Counted from the first letter of the stretch, positions 8,499 to 18,604 are shown. The stretch is DNA of 64,000 nucleotides from Candidatus Poribacteria bacterium (GCA_963665845.2 OY762492.1:2592001-2656000), one strand, 5' to 3'. Notes: generated by a model from the sequence alone, not told the origin. Numbers and translations: made by a program.

Positions 8499-10900
8499 TT
8501 AGCGCCCTTTCGCGCATGTCGGTTTATTGGCAGGCGGATTGTGAAGGCGGTTCCATGATTCAGCTCGCTTCTCGCCTCTATGGAGCCGCCATGATGATCA
8601 ATGATCTGCTTCGTCAACGCTAGTCCAAGACCGCTTCCGTACTTTTTCGTCGTGTAAAAAGGCTCAAAAAGGCGGTCGATATGGTCGCTCTGAATGCCTG
8701 TGCCGGTGTCCTCTATTTCGATGCGGACATAATCGCCTTCAACGCCGAGCCGAATCGTCAAGACGCCCCCGTTCGGCATCGCTTCCACCGCGTTTTTGGA
8801 GAGGTTCCACAGCGTCTGCTTCATCCAGTCCACATCCAGATGCGCGTCCGGCAGCGGCTCCGGGCATTCATACACAATATGCACCTTCGACTCCGCCGCC
8901 GACTCGGCGATCATCCCGATCATCTCCTTCGCCAGCGCCTCCAGCGAGATCGGCTCATAGTCAAGCGACAGCGGCGACATAAAATCCATCACATCCTTTA
9001 GAATGATCTCCAGTCGGGTCGTTTCCTGCGCGATGATGCCGGCTCGGCGGATCGTTTCCTTCTCCCGCGTTGTTTTCCGTATGCGCCGCGCAAACCCGCC
9101 GATGCTCACCAGCGGGTTGCGTATCTCATGCGTCACATACTGCATCAGCTGTCCGACGATCGCTTGCCGCTCATGGCGGTGCGCCTGGTCTTTCGCCGAC
9201 TCCAGCTCCTCAAACGCGATCTCCAGCTTTCGGTAGGTTTGCGCGTTGGAGAGCGCCAGCGCCGCCTGGCTCGCAAACGCGCCGAGCGTCTCCAGCAGCC
9301 GCGGGGCGATCGGCTGACCCGTGATGGAATTGTCGGCGATGATGACGCCGATGAGCCGCCGGCGCGCGACGAGCGGTATCAACGCAAACTCCTCCGCCCG
9401 CAAGATCTGTTGAAACGCCTGAACGACCGAGCAGCCCGCCGTTCCGTCCTGCGCCGCCACCGCCCCGCCCAGCTCCGACAGCTCCGCGATGTCCCGGTTG
9501 TCGACCGGTATACGCATAAAGCGGTCGGCGACCGAGACATCCTGGAAAGGTATTTGACGGGGCGCATGGTCAAGGTACTCCTCAATCGTCTGCTCCCCAA
9601 TCTCCGACCAGATGCGGTACGCCTCCTCGGTCGACGCCGGACCGATATGCAGCTTCTCCTCCAGCGCCGCATTCTCCTCGTCCAGCATGAACAGGATCGC
9701 CCTGTTGAACCCGAAGCCCGGACCCGCTGTGACGCATGTCAAAATCGCATGGTAGAGCGATTTTAAATCCAACGTGTGCCGCAGCTGCTGACCCAAGCGG
9801 TGCAGCATTCCCATCTGTTTATACCAGTCGACCGACTGAACGATGCTGGCGACCAGGCGCGAGAGCGCCTCCAGCGACGCCACCTGGTATTTGTCAAAGG
9901 CGTACGATTCCTGACTCTGCACATCCATGACAGCGGTAACATACCCGCCTTCCGTCTTGATGGGTATCGTCAGCTCGCTGCGAATCGTCTGGTTGGCTGG
10001 AAAGGCGTTGAAATAGATCGGGTCGTTCTGGGCGTCGTTGACGAGGCGGGTTTGACCCGTTCGCGCGGCGTATCCGAGATTGCCGATGGCGGCGCTCTGG
10101 GTATAGTTCTTTTCGTGGTACTCAAAATACTCGCCCGAATGGCCGGCGAGGCTCATCTCTCCCGCGTCGCCCGCCCCCCAGTCGATCTGAAAAATGGCGA
10201 CGTCGTACAGCTCAAACCGCTGATGAATCAGCTCGCAAACGCGGTCGTAAAGCTGCTCTGGAGAGGTGAGCTGGGCGACCGCTTCGGCGTTCACCTCATG
10301 GATAATTTCGGTGCGGAGCATGCCGAGGCGGCGTTCATTGTAGTCGTATGCGGCGCTGAGTATCGTTTGAATCAGCGGGGAGAGCTTGGCAATCAGGCGC
10401 TCATGCTCTTCAGAGAAAGCGTCAGGTTCCGTTCGGTAAAGAGCGGCCGCCCCGACAAGTCCGCCGCCGTGAGACTCAAACGGAGCCGCAAGAGCCGACC
10501 GCGCGCCGACCGCCGACAGCTCGCGGTCGAAGAAAGCGCCCGCGGGTTCGATCTGTTTCGCCCGGTCTTTCACATTCAGCGGCGTTTTCGATTCTAGAGC
10601 GGCTTCCAGCCAAGGAGCTTGTTGAAACGGTATCGCCGCGCCCTGCGGGTTGGACGCGAGCCGACCGCTTGTGTAGGCGCGGAGAAACGCGTCCTGCCCC
10701 GCTGTCATCGGTTCAGGCGAACCTATCAGAATGGAGACGCCGTCCGCGTCAAAGACCGGCAGCAAAGCCCCCTCAAAGCGGTTCAAGACCGCCGGCCAGT
10801 CCAGGCGCCCGCCGTCCGCAAACTGCTCCATGAGCCGTTCGTAGGCGTCCATGAAGCGTTTGGTCTGATCAATGCTGTGTTCCGACCTGCGATTCGACAT
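8495..10900 (-). CDS. Multi-GAF sensor histidine kinase
   Basis: Three GAF-like segments, H-box THEIRNPL, N-box NLSKNAVEAM, DTGTGI, FEPFYTTK, GSGLGL; start uncertain (ORF extends to 11017 into repeat DNA). Confidence 0.92.
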   Translation of the reverse strand: MSNRRSEHSIDQTKRFMDAYERLMEQFADGGRLDWPAVLNRFEGALLPVFDADGVSILIGSPEPMTAGQDAFLRAYTSGRLASNPQGAAIPFQQAPWLEAALESKTPLNVKDRAKQIEPAGAFFDRELSAVGARSALAAPFESHGGGLVGAAALYRTEPDAFSEEHERLIAKLSPLIQTILSAAYDYNERRLGMLRTEIIHEVNAEAVAQLTSPEQLYDRVCELIHQRFELYDVAIFQIDWGAGDAGEMSLAGHSGEYFEYHEKNYTQSAAIGNLGYAARTGQTRLVNDAQNDPIYFNAFPANQTIRSELTIPIKTEGGYVTAVMDVQSQESYAFDKYQVASLEALSRLVASIVQSVDWYKQMGMLHRLGQQLRHTLDLKSLYHAILTCVTAGPGFGFNRAILFMLDEENAALEEKLHIGPASTEEAYRIWSEIGEQTIEEYLDHAPRQIPFQDVSVADRFMRIPVDNRDIAELSELGGAVAAQDGTAGCSVVQAFQQILRAEEFALIPLVARRRLIGVIIADNSITGQPIAPRLLETLGAFASQAALALSNAQTYRKLEIAFEELESAKDQAHRHERQAIVGQLMQYVTHEIRNPLVSIGGFARRIRKTTREKETIRRAGIIAQETTRLEIILKDVMDFMSPLSLDYEPISLEALAKEMIGMIAESAAESKVHIVYECPEPLPDAHLDVDWMKQTLWNLSKNAVEAMPNGGVLTIRLGVEGDYVRIEIEDTGTGIQSDHIDRLFEPFYTTKKYGSGLGLALTKQIIDHHGGSIEARSELNHGTAFTIRLPINRHARKGAK

Positions 10901-10984
10901 GAATTGCTCCCTTGCATGTACCATAATACATCTTTGAGACCGTTTTTGAAAGCTATTGACCGAATCGGCGGCTTGAGTTGAGGC

Positions 10985-11097
10985 GCGGATCGTTCCCCTT
11001 GAAAAAGGGGGTTTCAAAGCGGACGCCGATCGTTCCCCCCTTGAAAAGGGGGGCTAGGGGGGTTTAAGGGCGGGCGCGGATCGTTCCCCCTTGAAAA
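10985..11097. repeat. Three tandem GATCGTTCCCC(C)TTGAAAAGGG hairpin units
   Basis: Motif repeated three times directly left of the IS. Confidence 0.8.
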
Positions 11098-12361
11098 GGG
11101 AACTACACGTTTGATTTGCCAGAGGCATATACCCCGCCATTGTTTTCAGCGTTGCGTTTTTTTTTACGTTTTTTCTTGCCGTAATTCGTTGCTTACGACT
11201 CATCTCGGGCTGGCGGCGTTGCGTTGGACGCAACACTGCCAGCCCATTTCATTTCATCTCCTAGAACTGCCGATGTTATTTCCGCTTTCGCGCTTGTTTT
11301 GGCGCATTCGGCACAATCTACCGCTGCAACCATACGCACGATGCCTGCATGTATCCTGCCTCACAGGTTTTAGAACTGCAACCGCTTTATTTCACCAGAT
11401 CCGCGTAAGTAAGGCGTTTACCGACCATGCGCGGAACAATCTTGGCAAGCGTTTCGATGCGGTTGTCGTTTCCAACATTGAACCGGTAGACGAATTCTTT
11501 GACGTATAAACCCAGGTGTTTAAACGACATGTAATGGTAAACGCCGCGGTACCCGCGTTTCAGGACGGCCCAGAACGACTCGATGCTGTTGGTGTGAACA
11601 TCGCCGCGAACATACTCGCCTTTCTGATGCGAGACAGCGGCATGCGCGTATTCCTCCATGCCCTTGTAGGTCGGGAGAGCGTCGGTATAAACGGTTGACC
11701 CAGGCGCCACATTCGCCCTTACAGCGCCATGAACCGTTTTTATCTTCATATTGTCCAGCAGAAACGCGCGGATTTCGCCGTTTCTTTGACGCATGCCGAT
11801 CACGGTCTGCTTGCCGCGGGTTCCGCTTCCGACGCCCAGCTTTTTTCTGCGATGCTTACTACCCTCTTTGCCGCCGACGTAGACCTCGTCTATCTCCACG
11901 GTTCCGCTCAGCATTTCGTCGTCGCTTACCATCGAGGCTCGGATGCGGTGGCCTAGGGACCATGCGGAGTCCTGCCTTATGCCCAGTAGCTTACCCATCG
12001 TAACGCTCGATACGCCCTTCTTAAACGTCAGGAACAAATAGAGCGCCAGAAGCCACATATGGAGGGGGATTTTGCTTTTCTCCATGATTGTTCCCGTGCG
12101 GACGCTGAAATACTTGCGGCATGTTCGGCATCTGAGCGGCATCGGTTTGGCGTTTTTCACTCGGGCGATGTTTTTGGAATCGCATCGGGGGCAGCAGATG
12201 CCATTCGTCCATCGGCTTTCTTCAAAGAATCGGGCGGCGCTTTTTTCATCGGGATATTTTTCAAAAATCTCGTAGATACTGGTAGACTGCATTGGAATTT
12301 CCTTTCTCAATCTCCCTTTAGTGTAGCGCAATCCGCTTATCTAGTCAAACGTGTAGTACCC
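11098..12361 (-). mobile_element. IS1595-family insertion sequence, ~1264 bp
   Basis: 17-bp terminal inverted repeats GGGAACTACACGTTTGA (11098-11114) and TCAAACGTGTAGTACCC (12345-12361), 16/17 match; visibly more AT-rich than flanks; no direct target duplication evident. Confidence 0.88.
11387..12292 (-). CDS. IS1595-family (ISXO2-like) DDE transposase
   Basis: Zn ribbon CPRC..RCRTC, FSVRTGT, VEIDEVYVGG, VYTD, HTNSIESFW, EFVYRFN. Confidence 0.95.
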   Translation of the reverse strand: MQSTSIYEIFEKYPDEKSAARFFEESRWTNGICCPRCDSKNIARVKNAKPMPLRCRTCRKYFSVRTGTIMEKSKIPLHMWLLALYLFLTFKKGVSSVTMGKLLGIRQDSAWSLGHRIRASMVSDDEMLSGTVEIDEVYVGGKEGSKHRRKKLGVGSGTRGKQTVIGMRQRNGEIRAFLLDNMKIKTVHGAVRANVAPGSTVYTDALPTYKGMEEYAHAAVSHQKGEYVRGDVHTNSIESFWAVLKRGYRGVYHYMSFKHLGLYVKEFVYRFNVGNDNRIETLAKIVPRMVGKRLTYADLVK

Positions 12362-12700
12362 CTTTCAAGGGGGGAGTCCAGAAACCCCGCGCCCTACCCG
12401 CTGTCATCGGGCGGCCGTCATTCCCGACCCTGCGGTAAAACGCGCGGGAATCTTAAGGCATAGCAAGCCGCTGCGCCCGTCCTTTAAACCCCCCTAACCC
12501 CCCTTTTCAAGGGGGAATCTGACCTCATGTCTTTAGTGGGGACATGTCGGCATGGAAACGCGGACGGTTTCGGGGTGGACTCTGGATTCCCGCTTACGCG
12601 GGAATGACGACCTGGTTGATGACGCTTTTTTCCCATGAATAGAGCGGTCATTCGTTCAAATGTCCCAACTTTCAGCATGAGGTCGGGGAATCGGACGCGG
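12362..12700. repeat. Repeat mosaic including a full family-1 MITE-like element (~12518-12685)
   Basis: CTGACCTCATGTCTTTAGTGGGGACA...TGTCCCAACTTTCAGCATGAGGTC enclosing ATTCCCGCTTACGCGGGAAT; flanking CCCCTTTTCAAGGGGG hairpins. Confidence 0.88.
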
Positions 12701-12726
12701 CGCTGCGCTCCGTTTTTCTTTTGTTT

Positions 12727-12766
12727 AAAAAAGAATCGGCGCCGACATCATGCGTCCGGCGCCGAT
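12727..12766 (-). terminator. Probable intrinsic terminator downstream of the TonB-dependent receptor gene
   Basis: ATCGGCGCCG/CGGCGCCGAT 10-bp stem followed on the minus strand by TCTTTTTT. Confidence 0.65.
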
Positions 12767-12833
12767 CCGTTCTTCTCTAAGGAGCGGGAGCGGAAGCCGA
12801 CTCAGCAATAGAGGCGGCTCCATCGACATCCCA

Positions 12834-15116
12834 TTAAAACTGCGACTCTATGCTCATAACCAAATTACGGCCTGGCGCATTCACCCCAGACCCATGCCAG
12901 CGGTACCGCCTGTCCAAGATATTCTCTAGCGCGGCGTTCACCCGCGCATAGCTGTTGATCTGAACGCCGCCGCGCAGGTTCAGCGTGAACCAGCCGGGCG
13001 TCCCGGCGTCCAACGCCCGCCCGTTCTCATCGAACGACACCTCTTCTGGGTCGCGCGTGAGACCGGGGATGCGCGCGTCGCGTATGTCGCCTTTGCTGAG
13101 GCGGTTCTGTTTTGCGGCGCCGCGCGCGATGAATTCTCCCCAGAACGGCTGACCGGACGGCTCCCACCGCGCCCCAAGCGCCGCATGCGGAGGCGTCTCG
13201 CGCCGTATGCGCGCCTCCCATGGCTTGTCGGGATCGGGAGCCTCGCCGTTCAAGGTCAACACTTCGCCGCGTATCAATCCCGCCGCGGCGAACAATGTCC
13301 AGCTTGAATCCAGCGCGGCGTAGGCGTCCGCCTCAATCCCCCGCACAACCGACCGGTCCAGGTTGTCTAAAACGGTGATGTCGAGACCCTCATGCTGCGC
13401 GGCGATGTTCTGAAACAGCGGCGGCGGATGGTTGCCGTACACTTCAGAAACAAGCCGCTGCGCCATCTGATTGTTGAGCCATGTGGAGAAGAAAGCGGCC
13501 GTTCCGCCGAACCGCGGCCGCTGAACCTTCACCCCAATCTCCGCGTTCACCGAGCGTTCTGGGAGAACATCCGGGCTGGGCGCCTGAATGCCCTGGTTCG
13601 TTGCTTGAACGCCTGTCAGATCGTCGATGGAGGCGGCGCGGAAACCGCTGCCGAGCGACGCAAACGCCTTCATCCCTTCCGCCGCCTCATAAGACGCGGA
13701 CGCGCTGCCGGTCAGAGTCGCGCCGCTTTTATCCAGTTCTCCAAACGACGCATCTTCAAGCGAAAGGTCGGCGTTGACGTTATAGAATGTCCCGTTCACG
13801 CCGACGACCGCCTCAAGCCGCTCGCTCAACTCCGTCTCGCTCTGCGCAAATAGGTTGACGTCGTAAGCGGAGGAGCCGTCCGGATACCGCCCCCATGCTT
13901 TTTCGGTCGGCAGGCTGCGGACGCTTGAAACGCTGTCGGAGTAGGCGTCTATGCCGACACTCAACGAATTCCGTTCGCTCATCGGCTTTTTCGCCAGTAC
14001 GGAAAAACCGATGGAGCCGATGTCGTCATGCGTTTCGCTTCTGCCGCTCTCTTCGGCGCCGACCCTGAGGCTCGATTGCGTCTCCATCTGCCGCTGGTAC
14101 GACAGCGTCGCCGAGAGGCTGCCTTCGCCGCTAAAGAACCCGTCTCTCTTGTAGTTGCCGTAAGCGAGATGCCGCCGCTGCGGATCGTAGACCAGCTCCG
14201 CAAACTCTTCGCCGGATGCGATCTTGTCCCATCTGGAATCGACCGTCTGATCAACCGCCTGATAATGAAGCCGCAGCGTCTGATTTTCGCCGGCGCTCCA
14301 TGCGACGGAGACGGCGCCCGCCGTCTCGCTGTAAGAGGTGGGGCTTTCTTTATCGTAAAGATGCGTTCTCTCTAAAGAGCCTGTTTTGGCGCTGAAGGAG
14401 GTCGGTATGTTTCCGACATCCTCTTCGCTGGTGATGATGAACTTGCGCCCTTCCAGATGCACATCATGCCCGGCGCCGGGCTGTATATCCCCGGCGCTCT
14501 TGCGCGTGATGTTGGCGCGGAAACTAAGATTGTCTTGACCGCCCTGCAAGCTCAACCCAAACGCGGAGTCCTGCGAGGCGGTTCCATACCGCGCATACAG
14601 CCGCGGCGCAATCTTGAAGTCGCCTTCATGGAACGCGGGGCGGCGCGAAATCGTATGGATGACGCCCCCAATCGCCGAGTTTCCGTATAAAACGGAGCTG
14701 GGACCGCGCAAAATCTCGACCCGCTCAATGTCGTCCACATTCTGCGTGTTGAAATACTGGTTCGGACCAGAGCGGAACGTCCAGTTGTTGAGGCGCACCC
14801 CGTCGATCAGCATGAGCGTGTGGTAACCCGTGAAGTTTCGGATGAACGGGGAGCCTTGCCCGTTCGCGGTGCGCTGGGAGAAAACGCCCGCTTCATCGAT
14901 CAGTCCGTCCACAAGCGAGATCGGCATGCGCCGCTGAAGCTCCTCCAGCGTAACGGAGCTGACAGCGTTCGGGATGTCGAAGCTGGAGCGTTCGGCGCGC
15001 GTCGCCGTCACAGCGATTTCGGGAAGTTCCACCCCGCTGTCGTCTTCGGCTGCAGCCGAGAGAGTCAACGCGGCAGCCATGCATGCAACAGCAACTTGAG
15101 ACCAAATAGAACGCAT
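12834..15116 (-). CDS. TonB-dependent outer-membrane receptor
   Basis: Signal peptide, TonB-box-like EIAVTATR, plug IERVEILRGPSSVLYG, ENILDRRY, C-terminal APGRN...F. Confidence 0.95.
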   Translation of the reverse strand: MRSIWSQVAVACMAAALTLSAAAEDDSGVELPEIAVTATRAERSSFDIPNAVSSVTLEELQRRMPISLVDGLIDEAGVFSQRTANGQGSPFIRNFTGYHTLMLIDGVRLNNWTFRSGPNQYFNTQNVDDIERVEILRGPSSVLYGNSAIGGVIHTISRRPAFHEGDFKIAPRLYARYGTASQDSAFGLSLQGGQDNLSFRANITRKSAGDIQPGAGHDVHLEGRKFIITSEEDVGNIPTSFSAKTGSLERTHLYDKESPTSYSETAGAVSVAWSAGENQTLRLHYQAVDQTVDSRWDKIASGEEFAELVYDPQRRHLAYGNYKRDGFFSGEGSLSATLSYQRQMETQSSLRVGAEESGRSETHDDIGSIGFSVLAKKPMSERNSLSVGIDAYSDSVSSVRSLPTEKAWGRYPDGSSAYDVNLFAQSETELSERLEAVVGVNGTFYNVNADLSLEDASFGELDKSGATLTGSASASYEAAEGMKAFASLGSGFRAASIDDLTGVQATNQGIQAPSPDVLPERSVNAEIGVKVQRPRFGGTAAFFSTWLNNQMAQRLVSEVYGNHPPPLFQNIAAQHEGLDITVLDNLDRSVVRGIEADAYAALDSSWTLFAAAGLIRGEVLTLNGEAPDPDKPWEARIRRETPPHAALGARWEPSGQPFWGEFIARGAAKQNRLSKGDIRDARIPGLTRDPEEVSFDENGRALDAGTPGWFTLNLRGGVQINSYARVNAALENILDRRYRWHGSGVNAPGRNLVMSIESQF

Positions 15117-15134
15117 TGCGATTCCTTCTTTTCG

Positions 15135-15785
15135 TTAGAAACTGTTTGCGGATCGTCCGCGGCGCATGCCATGTTGATCGGGATTGAATCCGCCCGGAAA
15201 TTGAGTGATCTGCGTATAACGGGAGCCGTCCAGCCGGGCGCCTTTCAATTTTGCTCCGCGCAGGTCAGCGTTTCCAAAGTCGACCCCGCGCGCGTCCGCG
15301 TTCGATAGGTTCGCGTATTGTAAATTCGCGCTGGTGAACGCGACGCCTTTCAGGTCGGCTCCGGTCAAATTCGCCTTTCGCAGGTCGGCGCGCCGCACAA
15401 CCGCGCCGACATTGCCCTCAATGTCAGGGTCGCCCAGGAGCGCGTTTTCAAGGTTGGCGCCGCGCAGATCCGCCTCAAACAGATTCGCAAACCGCAAGTT
15501 CGCGCCGGCGAGATTGGCGCCGCGCAGATTCGCATACCTTAGGTTTGCCTTCTGAAGATTCGCCTTCTGCAGATCCGCCCCTTGAAGATTGATGCGCTCC
15601 ATGTTCCGCCCTTCAAGATTGACCCCTTCCAACATGCCGCCGCGCAGATCCGCCTCTTCAAGCGAGTCGTTCAACAGGTCGTCCACATTGCGGGGCTGAA
15701 CCGCCGCCCCAGAGCAGCCGCTGAACGCCCCTTGACAAATGAGAAGGAGAACAACGACAGAAACGGGAAAGAATTGTTTCAACAT
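15135..15785 (-). CDS. Pentapeptide-repeat lipoprotein
   Basis: A(D/N)LXX repeats; signal peptide with FSGC lipobox-like motif; C-terminal TQFPGGFNP. Confidence 0.88.
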   Translation of the reverse strand: MLKQFFPVSVVVLLLICQGAFSGCSGAAVQPRNVDDLLNDSLEEADLRGGMLEGVNLEGRNMERINLQGADLQKANLQKANLRYANLRGANLAGANLRFANLFEADLRGANLENALLGDPDIEGNVGAVVRRADLRKANLTGADLKGVAFTSANLQYANLSNADARGVDFGNADLRGAKLKGARLDGSRYTQITQFPGGFNPDQHGMRRGRSANSF

Positions 15786-16079
15786 CGATACGCCTTTCGG
15801 TTCATACGCCAACGTTCCGTCTTGGCATATAGCAATAATCGTGCCACCCTGTCTCGCGCCTGTTTTCCCTCCCCAAACGCCCTTTGCTGTCCATTTTTGA
15901 TACAGCGCTGTTCAAATTTTGGACAATTCCTCAGATTCGGAAAGTTAGTACGTCCATACAGGGATATTCGCGGCGCGCCGCGTCCGATTTCCCCTTGAAA
16001 GAGGTACCAGGGGGTTTAAAGGACGGTCTGGTTGCCGATGCGCCAAAACTTCACCCTAGCCGTATCGCCGGCGCTCCAG

Positions 16080-16676
16080 TCATCCGTTGGCGTTCAGATA
16101 CGCTTCGACCTCGTCCGCTTTCTCGGCGGAAATCTCGCCGGCGCGGGCGTATTCCTTGACCAACTGGCGCAGCGTGATGAGCGCGTGGAGAGTCCGCCCG
16201 CGCTGTTGAAGCGCTTCCGCCCCGCCCTGCTCCCTGTCTAAAATGACAACGGCATGCTCAACGCGGACGCCTGCCGCGTCCAGCCCGTCCAAAAACGCAA
16301 ACTTGCTGCCGCCTTGCGTGATGAGGTCGTCTATCAGAACGCACCGCGCGCCCTTTTCCAAAAAACCTTCCACCTGCGAACGGGAGCCGTACTCTTTCGG
16401 AGCCTTGCGGACATACGCCATCGGGAGGCGCAGCTTGTGCGCGGCGACAGCCGCAAGCGGTATGCCCGCCGTTTCCGCCCCAACGACCGCATCGACCGAA
16501 AGGGACGCTGCGATCTCGGCGAGCGCGTCGGTCGCCGCGTCCATCGCGGACGGAAACGACGGCAGCCTGCGCAAGTCCACATAGACAGGGCTGACAGCGC
16601 CGGAACGGAGCGTGAATTCGCCAAATTGAAGGACGCGAGCCTCTCGGAGAGCCTGCGCCGTTTGTTGCATCGACAT
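16080..16676 (-). CDS. pyrE: Orotate phosphoribosyltransferase
   Basis: FGEFTLRSG.SPVYVDLR, YVRK..KEYG, VLIDDLITQGGS, VILDREQG. Confidence 0.95.
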   Translation of the reverse strand: MSMQQTAQALREARVLQFGEFTLRSGAVSPVYVDLRRLPSFPSAMDAATDALAEIAASLSVDAVVGAETAGIPLAAVAAHKLRLPMAYVRKAPKEYGSRSQVEGFLEKGARCVLIDDLITQGGSKFAFLDGLDAAGVRVEHAVVILDREQGGAEALQQRGRTLHALITLRQLVKEYARAGEISAEKADEVEAYLNANG

Positions 16677-16738
16677 GGTCTGTCCCCCATTTTTGGCTGA
16701 TGATAGAGCGCCTGCGGAGATTATTCAAGCCGCCTGCC

Positions 16739-16907
16739 TCTGACCTCACGCTGAAAGTTGGGACATCTGAACAACCAAAGCCTTTATCCATGGGGAAAAG
16801 GCGTCGCTAACCAAGCCGTCATTCCCGCGTAAGCGGGAATCTAGAGGCGCCGCAGAAACCGTCCGCGTTCCCCAGGCGGCATGTCCCAACTAAAGCGCTA
16901 AGGTCGG
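16739..16907. repeat. Family-1 MITE-like element with internal dRS3-like palindrome
   Basis: CTGACCTCACGCTGAAAGTTGGGACA...TGTCCCAACTAAAGCGCTAAGGTC; ATTCCCGCGTAAGCGGGAAT at 16821. Confidence 0.88.
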
Positions 16908-16996
16908 GCCGGCCTCCGACAAGAGGCGGCTGTTTGAATTCAACGGCTGTCAAGTGTATTCTAAACGGCGTACAACGGAAAAATGGAGCGCGTCCT

Positions 16997-18577
16997 ATGA
17001 ACATGCGGCAAAATGCGCGGCGAATCGTTCGCGGAGATATTGACGGATTTTTCGGCCTGTTTATCGACAACCTCGTCCAGCTGATCATGATGGTCAGCCT
17101 GTGCGCGGCGGTCTGCGGCATTCCAAACGAGGTCATATTGGGGAGAATCTTGCCGGGCGCGGCGATCTCTATTCTGGTCGGCAACCTGTTCTACGCATGG
17201 CAGGCGCGGCGGCTCATGAGGGAAACGGGGCGCGACGATGTCACCGCCCTCCCCTACGGCATCAACACCCCCAGCCTCATCGCCTACATCTTTCTCATCA
17301 TGGGACCGGTGTACCGCGAAACGGGCGATTCCAACTTGGCATGGCAGATGGGGCTGTTCGCCTGCCTCATCAGCGGGCTGATGGAGACGGGCGGCGCGTT
17401 CATTTCAGACTGGCTAAGGCGGAACACGCCGCGCGCCGCGCTGCTGTCGGCGCTTGCCGGCATCGCCATCACCTTTATCTCCATGCCGTTTGTGTTTCAG
17501 ATCTTCGACAATCCGGTCATCGCGCTGCTGCCGACGATGGTCATCTTGATTGCGTACGCCTCTCGAACGAAGATGCCGTTCGGGCTGCCAGGGGGATTGT
17601 TTGCGCTGCTGGTCGGCGTTGCGCTGGCGTGGGGGTTGCGCTTGGCGGGACTGGAGCTGTTCACGCCGTCGGGCGAGAAAGTGGCGGTCAATCTCTACTT
17701 GCCGTCGCTGTATCTGGGCGATCTGTTCGCATTTATGGGCGACCCGCGCGGATGGAAATATATGGGCATCATCATCCCGATGGGACTTTTCAACATCATC
17801 GGCTCGCTTCAAAATCTGGAAAGCGCCGAAGCGGCAGGCGACCGGTATGAAACGCGCCCCTCGCTCCTGGCAAACGGCATCGGCTCCATTGCCGCCGCCG
17901 CGTGCGGCAGCGCGTTCCCGACCACCATCTACATCGGACACCCCGGCTGGAAGGCGCTCGGCGCCCGCGCCGCGTATTCCACCATCAACGGCGTCGTCAT
18001 CGTCGCGTTGACGCTGTTTGGCGGCATCGCGCTCATTGAACAGTACGTTCCGATGGGGGCGGTCATCGGCATCCTGCTCTGGGTCGGAATGATCATCATG
18101 GCGCAAAGCTTTCAGGATGTGCCGAAGAAGCATGCGCCTGCGGTCGCGCTCGGCTTGACGCCCTCGCTGGCGGCATGGGCGTTGGTTTTGATTGAGGCGG
18201 CGCTGCGCGCGGGCGGAACATCGCTTTTCAACGCGGCGAATTATTTGGTCAATGTCGAAAATGTTTTCATACACGGCGCGATAGCGTTGAATCAAGGCTT
18301 CATCGTGACCTCCATGATCCTGTCGGCGGCGCTGGCGTTTGTCATCAATCGGCAGTTTTTGAAAGCGGCGGCATGGACGGCGGCGGGCGGCATCCTCTCG
18401 ATGATCGGCGTCATCCACGCCTACGAGCTGACCGAACAAGGCGTCGCGAATAAGTTTGGATGGAAGGCGGATCCTGAATTTGGCGCGGCGTACTTTTTGA
18501 CGGCGGCGCTGCTGCTCTGGATACATTATTTCCGCCGAGAGCCGTCCGAGGAGGAAGAAAAAACCGGCGAAGATTGA
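16997..18577 (+). CDS. NCS2/AzgA-like nucleobase permease
   Basis: GDIDGFFGLFIDN, TALPYGINTP, NLESAEAAGD, TTIYIGHPGWKALGAR; many TM helices; divergent from pyrE. Confidence 0.88.
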   Translation: MNMRQNARRIVRGDIDGFFGLFIDNLVQLIMMVSLCAAVCGIPNEVILGRILPGAAISILVGNLFYAWQARRLMRETGRDDVTALPYGINTPSLIAYIFLIMGPVYRETGDSNLAWQMGLFACLISGLMETGGAFISDWLRRNTPRAALLSALAGIAITFISMPFVFQIFDNPVIALLPTMVILIAYASRTKMPFGLPGGLFALLVGVALAWGLRLAGLELFTPSGEKVAVNLYLPSLYLGDLFAFMGDPRGWKYMGIIIPMGLFNIIGSLQNLESAEAAGDRYETRPSLLANGIGSIAAAACGSAFPTTIYIGHPGWKALGARAAYSTINGVVIVALTLFGGIALIEQYVPMGAVIGILLWVGMIIMAQSFQDVPKKHAPAVALGLTPSLAAWALVLIEAALRAGGTSLFNAANYLVNVENVFIHGAIALNQGFIVTSMILSAALAFVINRQFLKAAAWTAAGGILSMIGVIHAYELTEQGVANKFGWKADPEFGAAYFLTAALLLWIHYFRREPSEEEEKTGED

Positions 18578-18604
18578 GTATAATAAAGCAGGCAAGGAGA
18601 AGAT

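Noticed and set aside
11054-11236. 60-aa ORF as an IS passenger gene
   Set aside because: Crosses the IS boundary into repeat DNA and has no recognisable domain.
15786-16996. Riboswitch upstream of the TonB receptor unit, pyrE or the NCS2 permease
   Set aside because: No cobalamin, purine or PyrR-type consensus recognised by eye; the hairpins are dispersed repeats. An Rfam/Infernal scan would be decisive.
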